A stretch of 64,000 bases of DNA from Phoronis australis (Eukaryota > Animalia > Phoronida): NCBI GenBank assembly GCA_002633005.1, contig NMRA01000020.1, forward strand, positions 1,521,650 through 1,585,649. The letters run 5' to 3'. Numbering within the stretch: the first letter of the stretch is position 1; every line of letters starts with the position of its first letter. Of the stretch, positions 1 through 12,010 are shown one piece after another. The translations under genes and the position numbers were made by a program. The notes beneath the pieces were generated by a model. The model did not search any database. It was not told the DNA's origin and saw only the letters and a program-made list of their open reading frames with translations.

Positions 1-137
1 AATGTGGTAAGCCTCTGAAAGTGGCAATTTTAACATTTTTTTTATTCCAAATTGCAGAATTTTTACTGTCAGTCATATATCCACCATGTTGTTGAGCTGT
101 CACTCGGCGCTTTTGATTAATTTTGACAATTTTCCAG

Positions 138-291
138 GTGCGATGGGCAAAGCTGTGGAAATAAAGAAGGAAGATCTGGCACCAGATGAGCGACGGAAAT
201 TTGACGATGGCTGGCAGAACAATGCCTTCAACCAGTATGCTAGTGACATGATATCACTGCATCGTAGTTTACCTGATGTCAGAGACGCTGA
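138..291 (+). CDS. GALNT: GalNAc-transferase (pgant9/gly-5-like) internal exon, stem/start of catalytic domain
   Basis: ttccag|GT acceptor and GA|gtaagt donor. Encodes GAMGKAVEI...WQNNAFNQYASDMISLHRSLPDVRDAE, the family FNxYASDxISLxRSLPDxR motif. Upstream transmembrane exon(s) lie outside the window. Confidence 0.93.
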
Positions 292-3200
292 GTAAGTTGA
301 AACGGTTCTTTAAATGACTTTTAATCAGTCACGTATGGTAGTGGTAGGATAGATATATATTTTGGGAATTTGATTAGATTGTTTCTTGAAAAATGAGACT
401 TATTTTCGATCCAATTCTTATTTGTCAAGTTAATTTAGTCTTCCTCAAACTAGCTTTGCCGTGGCAAAGGCAAAGACTCCTGAGAGGTGTTGGACTTAGC
501 CATTTTTGTTTGGAACCAGTTCACTATTCGATTGCAGTAGTAATAAAAATTGTATTTTAGAAATTGAAGTATAGTTAAAAAATTGTTAAAAAGGATTACC
601 ATTCCATCTAATGAACAATCCTGAGCTGCTGATTTGTTCTGTATCTCAGTTATACACTTCAAAAGATACATAGTAAGAAACGTAATGGCGAAATTTGGAA
701 CTAAGAATTGAATTGAAATGGTCCTTGGAGTGTCGACATCGAAATCAGTTGCTCCCAGATCGTGATTTGATTATTCGGATTTCCTATGCCGTTGAATAAG
801 AAAGCAAAACCACCATTTGATGCACCGTCTGTCTAACATTGCTGGTAGGAAGTATAGTCTGCTCTCTGTTGTTAGGAAGTACAATCTGCCCTTTGCTGGT
901 AAGCTGTCTAATCTCAAACAGATTTATCTTTTGTTACCATGGGAAGGCAACATTCAAATGACATAACTTGTTGTAAGGCTATGTGAGGGCATCTTTGATG
1001 TACCAAACCTCCCTCACAGAGTAATTAGTACAGTCTAGAAAATGAGTAGTGGCCACTGTCAAAAGTAAACATAGTTATATGTAAAAAGTGCTGGAATACT
1101 TGATATAGTCATAAGAGTGTCCCATTGAGAATGTCTGCCTGATGTGAAAGTTCTGTCTTCTGACTTGAGATGTCCTTTCTGCCTTTTAATGAAAATTCAC
1201 ATGCTACGAAAGAATAATGCTAGAAACTACTTAAAACTTTGTGGAACATCTCAGCACAAAGTCAGGGTTTATGAATACAATTCCACCAACCATGTTCTTA
1301 GGGTTTCCAACAACCAAAACTAATTGCTTATTTTACAGATTTCTGATCCCTGAAGCATGTTTTGTTACAGTGTTTTACGAGTATGGGTTATGACTGTGTA
1401 TAAAATCTAAATGAATTTCCAATAAATAAAGCATTACTTGAGTAGTCAAATTTAACAACTCCTGTTGAGAGTTATATAATAGTTTTAATGCATAGCTTCT
1501 GGCTGATTACAATATCACAGTGTTTTCAACCTATATCCTATACATAAAATTCAAATTACCTGAAAACCTATCATTTGTGATTATTAAAAGTACAGTTATA
1601 CTTCCATCCCAGCAGCGCTTGGGCACTGAAGGAACTTCAAATTTCAAATTCATCCTATGTTTGGTAAAGACTAGAACAGTCTGGATACATAACAGTGACT
1701 TTGTATTTTGTTAATGACACTGAGTCACTTAATCATAACTAAAAAACAAAAATCAGCCTTCTGATTCAGTGGATAAAAATCAACCATCAGTATCTGCAGC
1801 GCAATGAATGACAGAATCCTGTTGTCGCTGTGTTGTTGGTCATCTGAGTAGAAAGACTTTGACGTGACAGTCAGCCTTGTTATTGAACCATCACTCTGCT
1901 CTCATTTTATGTATTTCTTTAATTTGAAGTATTGACTCCGATATCAACTTGATGTTCAAATTGTGACGGATAGAATATGCTTATATTCGGATTATGAAAT
2001 AGTAGAGCAGTTCTCTTGTTACAGAATCAATTAAAATAACAATAATCTAACGTGTCATTGCTTTGTGATGTACCTACACCAAATATTTACCTGTAATAAC
2101 GATGGTTACATATTGGGGTGCAGCTTCTTGTAAGTCATGGCAGATTTAGCTTAGATCATCACTTCACCATTTGTTATGGAAAACAATGGACCTACTTTGT
2201 GTTATTGTTGCTCACATCACCAACATGGCTAATTGGTTAGAGTTGCTGAACCCGAGTTTGGCAAATGAGACCTTTAAAATTTGAATTTAACTGGTGTTTG
2301 TATGTTATCCATCGAAACGAATCATGATTATTTGATCTGGGTACAAAAATCCACAAAGCCAAGTGTCCTTGTGTTTCCCTAACAATATTCGTGCAAAAAT
2401 TTGATCAATGTCCCCTGAAGTTTCTGAAACATTGCCATTCAAATGTCAATAAAATATACGTGTCTGTTAAATATCAAAACTTTGTGAAAGCTCACAAAAT
2501 CTTGTCTAGTTTCAAGGCCTAACTATTCTAAAACCAACCAGAACAGCAACTTAATATCCGCCCTTTCACAATATGTTGTTTCCCACCAAACACTCACTGA
2601 CTTTTGTGATATCAAAACACAGCCTCTTTGTTTATCCCATTATGTAAGACAAGCTACAGTTTAGAATACACTGCCTAGTGTGTGTTCTCTGGTAAGGGAT
2701 CACTTCCTCCTTGTATTAAAAGTCTAGACCATCCTAAACAGACATTCAGAGTTGGTTCATGTCTATCCAAACCTAGCAGTAGTCCACGCATGCTGTTATT
2801 CTTTGTGGCACTTGATTTGAAACTATTTCTTTCAAAAGCGTAACCGGGTAACACTGTGTGTTTTTTCTGTTCTTTGGTCGACTTAATGGTTATAAAGTAC
2901 CAAATTTTTCAGGGATTACAAAAATTTAAGCCCAGCACACTTAACATGCTCAAAAGCAAACACCCCAGTTAATGCTCAATAATGGAAAATGAGTTGATGT
3001 ACATCCTTGCTGTATTCCCTTCATTGGAGAATTTTTCAATCAATTCAACTGCAGGAGCGTTCAATAGGGAGTACTTAAAAGCATGTTCAGTTTCCTAGAT
3101 TGGCAAGCCAGTTCTCAGTGCCACTGGAATAACCAGGTGAGACTCCTGTGGGCCATCACATGAAACTAACTGAGATGTGTTGGATCAAGGAGGGAGATCA

Positions 3201-3956
3201 GGATGTTGTAGATTGTTCTCAACCTTGTTCTTGTGTGTATAAGGTTTTTACTGTTCTCAACAGATGTCTCTAGCAATGTTTTGTGACGTTACTCGCAATT
3301 TGTTTTCACACGCTTGCAAGCTGCTTTACAACCTTTTCAAGTAGATCTTAAAGGAAATTTCATGTACATAACCATTGTTCCACTCTGTGTAAAAGAAAAG
3401 CAGTTTATAGAGCAAAAGTTTTGAAAGTTTTATCCTGTTTTGTGGCTGTTGTGCATAAAACCTGAATCAAGTGTGGTTAACACATGTAGCCAGCTTATTT
3501 GAATATTCCACAATAAATTAATTGAAATTGTAAATACTGTGTTCCTACTGGTTAACACACAAGGTGTGTAAATTGAAGATTTCAGAAATGGAATGGACGC
3601 TGTGCTCAACTGCCGAGTTTTGGTCAACCACCAGGGATTTGCTTTTACCACTTCACAGAATACATACAATGTGGACAAGGGAATGGTTTTTGTATTGAGA
3701 GGGTGAATTGGGAATTTAAAGAAGCAATGCCTCGGTTGTATGAATTAAGAATGGACCTTTATGTGAGCGTATTTATAAGTGAAAATGTGGGATTGAGCGT
3801 TAAGTCAAATATGGGCATAAAGGCAGAAGATTGCGGTAACAAACTTTTGAAGTGAAACGTGTTGTTGTGCTAGTTGCCAAAGTCACTGTGACTTTACGTA
3901 GAGTTGCAGCATTGTACTATGTTATCACTCCACTGATTGTTGCACTACTTTTCCAG

Positions 3957-4123
3957 GTGTAGGGATATCAAGTACGCTGATGATTTGCCCGACACGAGCG
4001 TAATTATATGTTTCCACAACGAGGCATGGAGTGTTTTGTTACGCACTGTACACAGCGTCCTAGATCGGTCACCTAAACATCTAATCAAGGAAATTATCCT
4101 TGTCGATGATTTCTCCAACATGG
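3957..4123 (+). CDS. GALNT: GALNT exon, GT-A domain N-terminal part
   Basis: ttccag| acceptor, G|gtatct donor, phase 2 to 1 matches the neighbours. Encodes [55 protein letters not shown]. Confidence 0.96.
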
Positions 4124-4158
4124 GTATCTGATTTTTTTGCTTGAATTATTTCATAGTA

Positions 4159-4384
4159 CAGTAAAATCTCACCAATTTTGGACAAAAACAATTCCCAAAT
4201 TTTCATTTTAAAAGACGTGTAACATTGTTGCAAATGTCCACAATTTTTCAAAATCATCTTATGGTAGTTGTGGTATAAATCGTTAAAAAAGCATTTTTTT
4301 GTGTTATTTGTCTTTTACAAAAAATGAAAAAATAGAAATTCTCTTGTCAGCCATATTGTGTTCTAAATTAGTGAGATTTTACTG
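4159..4384. mobile_element. Tc1/pogo-like MITE
   Basis: TIR ta|CAGTAAAATCTCACCAATTT ... AAATTAGTGAGATTTTACTG. A diverged second copy lies at about 5017-5189. Confidence 0.7.
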
Positions 4385-5016
4385 TTGTTTTTTGTTCGGT
4401 ATTTTTAAATGTCATTCTCAGTTGATGTTGAAACATCCACGTTATTCGTACCATGATCTGATCGCCATCTTCTAAAAGGATCTTTCTACGATTCCTCTTA
4501 AACATTTCTGCACATGCTTAAATATTGTGTTTTTCCTGCATCAGCCTAGAAAACGATGACATTATTTACGAATTTGTCAATCGGGTATTTGAAGGATAAG
4601 CTGTTTGAAGGTCACTCAACGGATAGGTGTCATTCTTCACAAGATTGTTTTGTGCACTTTCTTGACCTTGGTAATGAGTTTGAAACCTTCGCTCGTGCAT
4701 CTTTATACTATTAGCCAAGTCAAGTCAGTCTCACTTCATTAGCAGAAAGGTTTAACATAGTATTGATTCAGCATCAGTGAAATTCGCTCTTTACAGTCAG
4801 TACAGCTTTCTTTTTCCATAATGCGATTGCATGGAATACTCTTTGATTAGCGTACATAATATTCCACCCAATAGGATTTTACGCCACCTTTACCCGTGTA
4901 AACAAAGGAAATTATTTTTTATTCATACCACTTATTGTGATAAAACTTTTTCTTTGCTCAGATATGAAGTGGTTTGTGGGCTTGCCCATGCCTAGATATC
5001 AATCTGAGAACGGGTA

Positions 5017-5189
5017 CACGTAAAATCTCTCCATTTTTTTCAAAACTTTGTTTGATGCCAGCTGTGGTACTGAACTTGAACATGGAAAATCCTTTAATTT
5101 GTTGCAACAGTTACGTATGTTTCATAGGTAAAATTATAAAAAATTTCACTTGTCGCCATATTGTGTCCTAAATTGGTGAGGTTTCACCG
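5017..5189. mobile_element. Degenerate copy of the 4159-4384 MITE
   Basis: Shares gtaaaatctc at the left and gccatattgtgt(c/t)ctaaatt(g/a)gtgag at the right. Confidence 0.55.
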
Positions 5190-5516
5190 AATGTAATAAT
5201 TTGAGACAAACGTTACAACTATAAGCAGTCTCAATCAAATCTTGTATTTTTTGACGTTAAGGGGTTCATGGGGGCTTTTAACTGTGTTAGTTGGTTCTCA
5301 CGTTTACATGCACGCCACCTATTGATTAATATGCCAACTGGGGTGTTACTGGGCAATGCGCCGGTGCACTATCCAGTAAGACCACTAGATTTGTATGCGC
5401 TGAGGTGAACGTCGTCGTATAGTTGTGTTGTGTTGTGATAAGTCACTGACTAATTATGTGCCTAAACTATCAGAAAAGCATTATTGATAATAATTGTTGG
5501 TATGTTTGTGTTGTAG

Positions 5517-5681
5517 ATCATCTGAAGGAACCCCTGAAGAACTATATTGCCAAGTTAAAAGTTGTCCGTGTTGTACGGACGAAAAAGAGGGAAGGGTTGA
5601 TAAGAGCCCGGTTGCTAGGGGCTTCCGTTGCCCAGGGCAATGTACTGACCTATTTAGATTCACACTGTGAATGTGCACAAG
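5517..5681 (+). CDS. GALNT: GALNT exon with DxH metal-binding motif
   Basis: ttgtag| acceptor, G|gtatgt donor. Encodes DHLKEPL...[32 protein letters not shown]. Confidence 0.96.
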
Positions 5682-5911
5682 GTATGTGATTAGGAAAATG
5701 ACTCAAGATGGTGTTAACCGTTACAGTGTTCCTGGATTTTGTGATCCAATTAGATGTCCATTATTCAGTGAAGGAAATTTATCCTCAAAATTCAGGACTA
5801 CTGTAAGTGACAATTACTGATACTTTTCTTAACTGTTATACTTTTTTGTCATATCGTTGTTGTTTTTTTCCATCTATCCAAAATCTATAATTTCATACGG
5901 TTAAGTTATTC

Positions 5912-6413
5912 AGGGCTTGGAATTTTCCGTGGAAACGCGGATTTCTGCTTTTTTCAAATGTTCTGTCCGCGCATTTTATTATATTTCCGCGTAAAAAAAA
6001 TTGGATTTGATATAAAATTTCCGCAGCAAATTCCTTTCTTACCGCGGCGTTGCAGACGACGTTCACCTCGAAAAGCGGAAGTTGCTCTTTATGTTTCGGA
6101 GGAACGTAAATTGTCAACATTGCCGGGGCATCTGGGATAGCGTGGTGGGATTTTCAATGGCGTCCCGTGTTATTGTAAACCGCGGCGACAAATACTACGG
6201 CTCTGGAGCCAAAAATGTGTGGGTTGGGAGTGGACGGACGAGCTAAAAGGACGCAGACGCATGCTACTGATGGTGGTAACGTTTTTTTTTTTTTTAGTCT
6301 TCCGGATTTTTGTGGGGGAAAGGTTCACATCGACCATTTCAAGGCTGGGTAGCGCGCATGATTTGGGCCGTAAAAGTTTTCGCGTTTTTTGTCATTGGTC
6401 ATTCCAAGCCCTG
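5912..6413. mobile_element. hAT-like MITE with 6-bp TSD, copy 1
   Basis: TIR CAGGGCTTGGAAT...ATTCCAAGCCCTG; TSD GTTATT at 5906-5911 and 6414-6419. Confidence 0.85.
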
Positions 6414-7640
6414 GTTATTGAGCTCATATTTTTTGTGAATGCACTTCTTTTTAATGAGACAGAAAGTTGAAAAGTTTCTTGTGGATGTACGAATTTAAAA
6501 AATTCACATTTTCATGTAAAAAGTTAAAAAATATTTTGAATACAGAGTCTTATTGAAGAGCCTGATTACGCATTTCAAGATTTTCCTTTTTGATGCAGAG
6601 AAAACTTGCTGTAGTTAGCCGACGTGAACTTACTTGCAGAAACCCCTCTTGTTTACCAGTTTCCTTGTTATAATTATACATGTGTCCATTTTTTATTTTG
6701 ATTTTCTTGCGGATTAATCTTTGCGAAAGTAGGTGTGGAATTTTTTATCATTCACTTAATTTGACATTACAACGGTGTCATTAATCAATTTTGGGATGCT
6801 GTGTATTTTTCTTGTCTTTCTTGATCCAAAATCATCATTGTGACTGTTGCGAGTAAATGGAGTCTTTGTCACTGAAACTCAGTGGAATACCTCAGCTCTG
6901 CTCCAACAATTTCACTTACATTTTCCTAAGAAAACTGATAACCTTAGATCAAGGTACTAGTCATTGCAGCATTTAAGTTTCCTAGGTAGTGTTCCTCATG
7001 ATAAAAGTCCAAAACTTGAGCTCCAACTTAGTTTTGCAGGCACTTCACTAACCTTCGATTTAAGAAGCATGAACAGAAATTTTCAAAATCAATTGTTCAA
7101 AAATTGGATTTCTGGCCCAGATCTGATGAATAATATGTTGATTATTACGCTCCAAAACCTTTCCAAATTTACATTTTTCTAATTGGTTCAGCTTTGTGTG
7201 CACAGAGAAACTTGAGTGTCATGTTGTTTTTCATTTTGTTTCAGGAGTTATCCCCCTTTAATGGAACGTTGTTGGTTTTACAGCTGAAAAACAAAGTTTT
7301 GGGGTTTTGATTTGTTGGATTAGACGGACATCTTGAAGTTGTTAGCTTTAACCAGAGTTATAAAACAACAAAATGTGTTGTGTTTTTGTGGTTTTATTAC
7401 GAATCGCCATTCCACCGTTGTTTCCATTCATTCACTGAAATCTAGGCTGGTGTCCTTATCATAATACAAAATGCCCTTAAAATACACTGCTATTTACTGT
7501 GTGGCATTTGGCTCAGCATCAGAGCATCCGTCTTCTATTGCAGAGCTGATGGTTTTGATTCTGTGTTAATGCTAATTAATGCGAAGTTTCTATTCTCATC
7601 GAAAACGTCTACGTAAACGCTGTCTCCTTAATCACTTTAG

Positions 7641-7854
7641 GTTGGCTGGAGCCTCTCTTGGACGAGATTAAGAAAGATAAGACAACTGTCGTGTGTCCTG
7701 TAATTGACGTTATCGCCGACGACAACTTCAAGTTTCAGTATGGCTCCGCTCGTTCTACAAGCGTTGGCGGGTTTGACTGGAACCTACAGTTTAACTGGCA
7801 CCCCATCCCTGACCATGAGGTCAAGAGGCGTGGCAATGATTTTGCACCCATCAG
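7641..7854 (+). CDS. GALNT: GALNT mutually exclusive exon A (214 nt, phase 1-2)
   Basis: ctttag|GTTGG acceptor, AG|gtacaa donor. Encodes GWLEPLLDEIKKDKTTVVCPVIDVIADDNFKFQYGSARSTSVGGFDWNLQFNWHPIPDHEVKRRGNDFAPIR, canonical for the family. Confidence 0.95.
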
Positions 7855-10096
7855 GTACAAGTCACCTCACACATGTCAATCAAAAATCAAGAAACCAAAT
7901 GCTAGGACATCATTGGTTAGCAAAGCTGTGAAGAAGAAATGTTGAACTGAAACAATCTGAATTATCAAGATGTAAATTGAACCAATCAGGATGAACAATA
8001 TGAAGGTGTCAATGATATTCTGTTTTGAAACCAATTGATACAAATCTTGAATAGGACTATCAAAGTGTGGCATACTGTATGCTAAGCCCGTACACCTTCA
8101 ATTTATAATCAATTTCTTCACATCATTACCTACTCAAGGTATGTCCTTGTTGAGGATTTTCTCACACAACAAAAACGTAAACACATCTAACCAGCAGTAC
8201 AGCTACTAACGTCCATTTTGTATTAGCAATTGGGTGGCCTACACTAACAACATTCGCTTCATTTTTAATCTTGTTTTCGCATGAATTTTATTTTTAAGTG
8301 TATGCTCCCGACCTGGAATACCTTTCCGATCAATATTATTGAAGCTTTTGGTTCGAGGCAACGTGCTGCAATTATATGTTTTTTATTAGGCTGCGTAATT
8401 TTTTCAAACATCGGTAAAAATTCTTCAACTTGGAACACGACGTGCACAAGGGAAATTTCATTTTGTCAAGTTCCTAAACAATAATATTTTTTCAGGAAAC
8501 AGCAAACAACATTTGGCAATTATTTTTGTTCCAAATTGAAGAATTTTCACCATATTCATGGCTGGGAGTATATTTTAAGTATCAAATCAGCATGTCATAT
8601 CTTTCAATATTATCTTTTCCATGCCAGGTTCCCTGCTGTCCTTATGATTTAACGCTGCTAACACAATTTTATATGTAGCATGACCGTAACTCGAGTGAAC
8701 TGGACGATGTAACCAAAATTAAGATTTACGGCTTGGCATACACTTGTCTTACATGCAATTAGTGCTTTTTAAAGATACCCATCATGGCTAAACTTATAAA
8801 ATGCTAAGTTTGTTAGAGCATTGTGTCTATTGTTGGTGTGTATCTGACTGTGCTAATCTTAACCCATCTCACATTTTTATTGAGTGCATGAGAGGTCTTG
8901 AGATTGTATAAACATTTTGCAACTCTTTTGTTTACATGGTGCAGAACTGGTTACTAATTTGCAATATTCACTTTGAAATTCTCAATGTATTTTGTTTGTT
9001 AATGTTAGTAAACGTATTACGCTCTCTGAGCTCGGTACTGGTTCACTCTTTATTTGTTTTTTGATTACTGAGGAGGTAAAATAAGGCTTTATTGTTAAAA
9101 TAAAGATGGCCGTGACTCCCAATTGAGTTAGCGACTGCGGTGAACTGTGCTGAGCATTAGTGAAATGACTGGGCCCGGTTTATGAGAGGATTTAAGAGGA
9201 CTCATACATGTAAGTTCAATATTTGTTAGGAGGATCAGAGGCACTTTATTGCTAACGCGAAGCTGCCTTTATTTATAACAGTGAAATGCTGGGACCATTG
9301 TACAAATCCATAATTTTTCATATTCAAATTTAACAACCACCTTCATGAGTCGTGTCACTGAACTGCTCACAAATTAAAATCGAAGTTACGACCGGCTGAG
9401 CTAAGTGCGAACTTATGACCTTCTGATAAAGTGGATCCTTGGTGTGTATGCACGTGTCTGTGTGATTCGAATAATTGTGCAAATGTGTGTGGTCATCTCC
9501 TGAAGGGTCTGTTGCGCCGTGTGGTGGTGAAGTGAACATAGTTGCTTTAAGGGCACTTAGCATACTGAATCTCCAGTTTTTCTACAACTGCATGGAGAAC
9601 ATGGAAGTCTCTGGGAACAAATAATGAACCCTCGCATCTTGGATTGTTAACTCATAAATGGATGAGGCCGTTGACGATCTCAATTTGAAAATTTTCTCCT
9701 AAGAGATCTCGTCACACATCTCAAAGACTTTATTGGTCAATTTTCTTCTAAATGTCTCTAATAGATGTAGTAGAACTGAGTTGAGTGCATTAGGCTTTTT
9801 ATTGAAGGTTGTGACGCTAACCCTTCCGTACCTCTTGCGCTTGGTCTTGCCAGTTCGAAGAGTTTACATGTGGTGTTTGCTCAAGTGCATTTGGCTTAAG
9901 GAAGCGTTAGTCCGCTGGTGTACCGCCGGCTTTGCTTGTATCTGTTATTCCATTCCTTCTTGGGAAATCTTACCTGATCCTACTCTGTTAGGCGACCAAG
10001 CACATTATGCTTATATATTGATTCTCTTTCATTGAATCATGTTCTCCCATGCTTTTATATTCACCATCAGTGTTCCACTGTTTCTCTTGTGCTTTT

Positions 10097-10605
10097 CAGG
10101 GCTTGGAATTTTCCGCGGAAACGTGGATTTCCGCTTTTTTCAAATGTGCTTTCCGCTTTTTTTATAATATTTCCGCGTAAAAAAATCGGATTTGATATAA
10201 AATTTCCGCGGCGAATTCCTTTCTTACCGCGGCATTGCAGACGACATTCACCTCGAAAAGCGGAAGTTGCTCTTTATGTTTCGGAGGAACGTAAATTGTC
10301 AACATTGCCGGGGCATCTGGGACAGCGTGGTGGGATTTTCAATGGCGTCTCGTGTTATTGTTAAGCGCGGCGACAAATACTACCGCTCTGCAGCCAAAAA
10401 TGTGTGGGTTGGGAGTGGACGGGCGGGTTAAAAGGACGCAGATGCATGCTACTGATGGTGGTAACGTTTTTTTTTTTTTAGTCCTCCCGATTTTTGTCGG
10501 GGAAAGGTTCACATTGACCATTCCAAGGCTGGTTATCGGGCATGATTTGGGCCGTAAAAGTTTCAAAGTTTCCGCGTTTTTTGTCATTGGTCATTCCAAG
10601 CCCTG
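10097..10605. mobile_element. hAT-like MITE with 6-bp TSD, copy 2
   Basis: Same TIRs, highly similar to copy 1 along its length and in the same orientation; TSD GCTTTT at 10091-10096 and 10606-10611. Confidence 0.85.
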
Positions 10606-11784
10606 GCTTTTACATTCACCATCAATGGCCATTTTGTCTTTCATCGATAGTACACTGTACAGATAGAAATTTTAAGGATAGCGTCACGCTTCATCGTCCA
10701 ATCCTTGTGTGTGCGAGTCTCTCTGCTTTGCTGGCTAGTAGATAAAGAAACAGAAACTGCAACAACATCAACAAACAGAAAAGTTTTGCAATGTGGTAAT
10801 AAAGGTGACTTGTATTTCTTGGAGTTTTGGACAGCAAAGGTTTCTCATCTCTAACGTAAATCGCTTCTGCTTTTTCAGATATCTAATCTAATGGATAGTC
10901 TGTACATGACTCGTCATTTCAGACAAACATTACTGGCAAAGTTCACTTGCTCTTGGTCATCGTGATGGTCAGTGGTCATGACGGGAAATTCTGGATCATT
11001 GCATCCAATTATTACGCTCTGCTGTCATAGAAATTAAATTTTTGTTTCTTTTTTGCAGATTTAAGCTTGTGATTTTTTGTTCAGTTCTTTGTTTTTTATC
11101 AATACAAAACTCTTTTACAGGCACCAGATGGCACCGTTGTATGGTCAAATGATGGCTAGTCTTTAATGTTCCCCATTACAACAGTTATTGCCCCAATTTC
11201 AGTTGTGTGATAGACCACTCACCCTCTATTGGTTGCCAAGCTGACTACTATGTGCCCAGTCAGATATGTGGGTGCAAATTGCTGTCATGGCAGACATAGT
11301 TTCCATTGCTAGTGAAGGATGGTCATGACATTTGAAAGATGTCTTCATATCAATGTGATCATGGCTGAGACTGATTTTTATACGTGTTCGGCTTGTCCTC
11401 AGTGTCCTCTTGTGGCAATTTTATTTTTTGGGTGTGCCTCTATAGCTATCTAGTTCCATGACAGCTCTTCATGAAATGTAACTTTTTTGATGCAATCAAG
11501 GAGATGAAAACAACTATTTTGATGAATACAACTTGCCCTCAATTTTAGTATTTTACTGTCTATTTTTGACACCCAATTTCTCCCTCACCGAATGTCCTCC
11601 ACTCCCTGCCCTTAGCCCCCTCTCCCCCTTCCCGTGCNTGCCTCTCCCCTTCTCTGCTTTTAAGTGGTCACATTCTTAAGTCTGCTCTGTTGAAAGTGAC
11701 TCAAAATTATTGTGCTAATTCCTGGGAAGTTTCTTTTTCAGGTGCTCTTTTGAAAAAATTATAGAGTGCAAATTCGTCATCTAG

Positions 11785-12010
11785 GTTGGCTTGAACCTCT
11801 TGTTGATCGAATAAAGGTGAACAAGACCATTGTTGTATCCCCTGTCATCGAGTCCATTCACGATGAAACTCTTGCCTTCGAGCGGACCAAAGCAAAGAGA
11901 ATTTCCGTTGGCGGATTCCGTCTATCCACGATGGAATTTGACTGGTTCCCTCTACCAAGAGAGGAGTATCTACGGAGATACAAACTAGGGACTTATATTG
12001 ATCCTATTAG
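11785..12010 (+). CDS. GALNT: GALNT mutually exclusive exon B (226 nt, phase 1-2), divergent paralogue of exon A
   Basis: atctag|GTTGG acceptor, AG|gtatat donor, open frame. Encodes GWLEPLVDRIKVNKTIVVSPVIESIHDETLAFERTKAKRISVGGFRLSTMEFDWFPLPREEYLRRYKLGTYIDPIR, with the same boundaries and phases as exon A. Confidence 0.88.

Noticed and set aside
4124-4131. gtatctga donor as a U12-type intron
   Set aside because: It does not match GTATCCTT and no U12 branch site is evident.
5958-6470. ORFs repeated at 10032-10745
   Set aside because: They lie inside two copies of a non-coding MITE.
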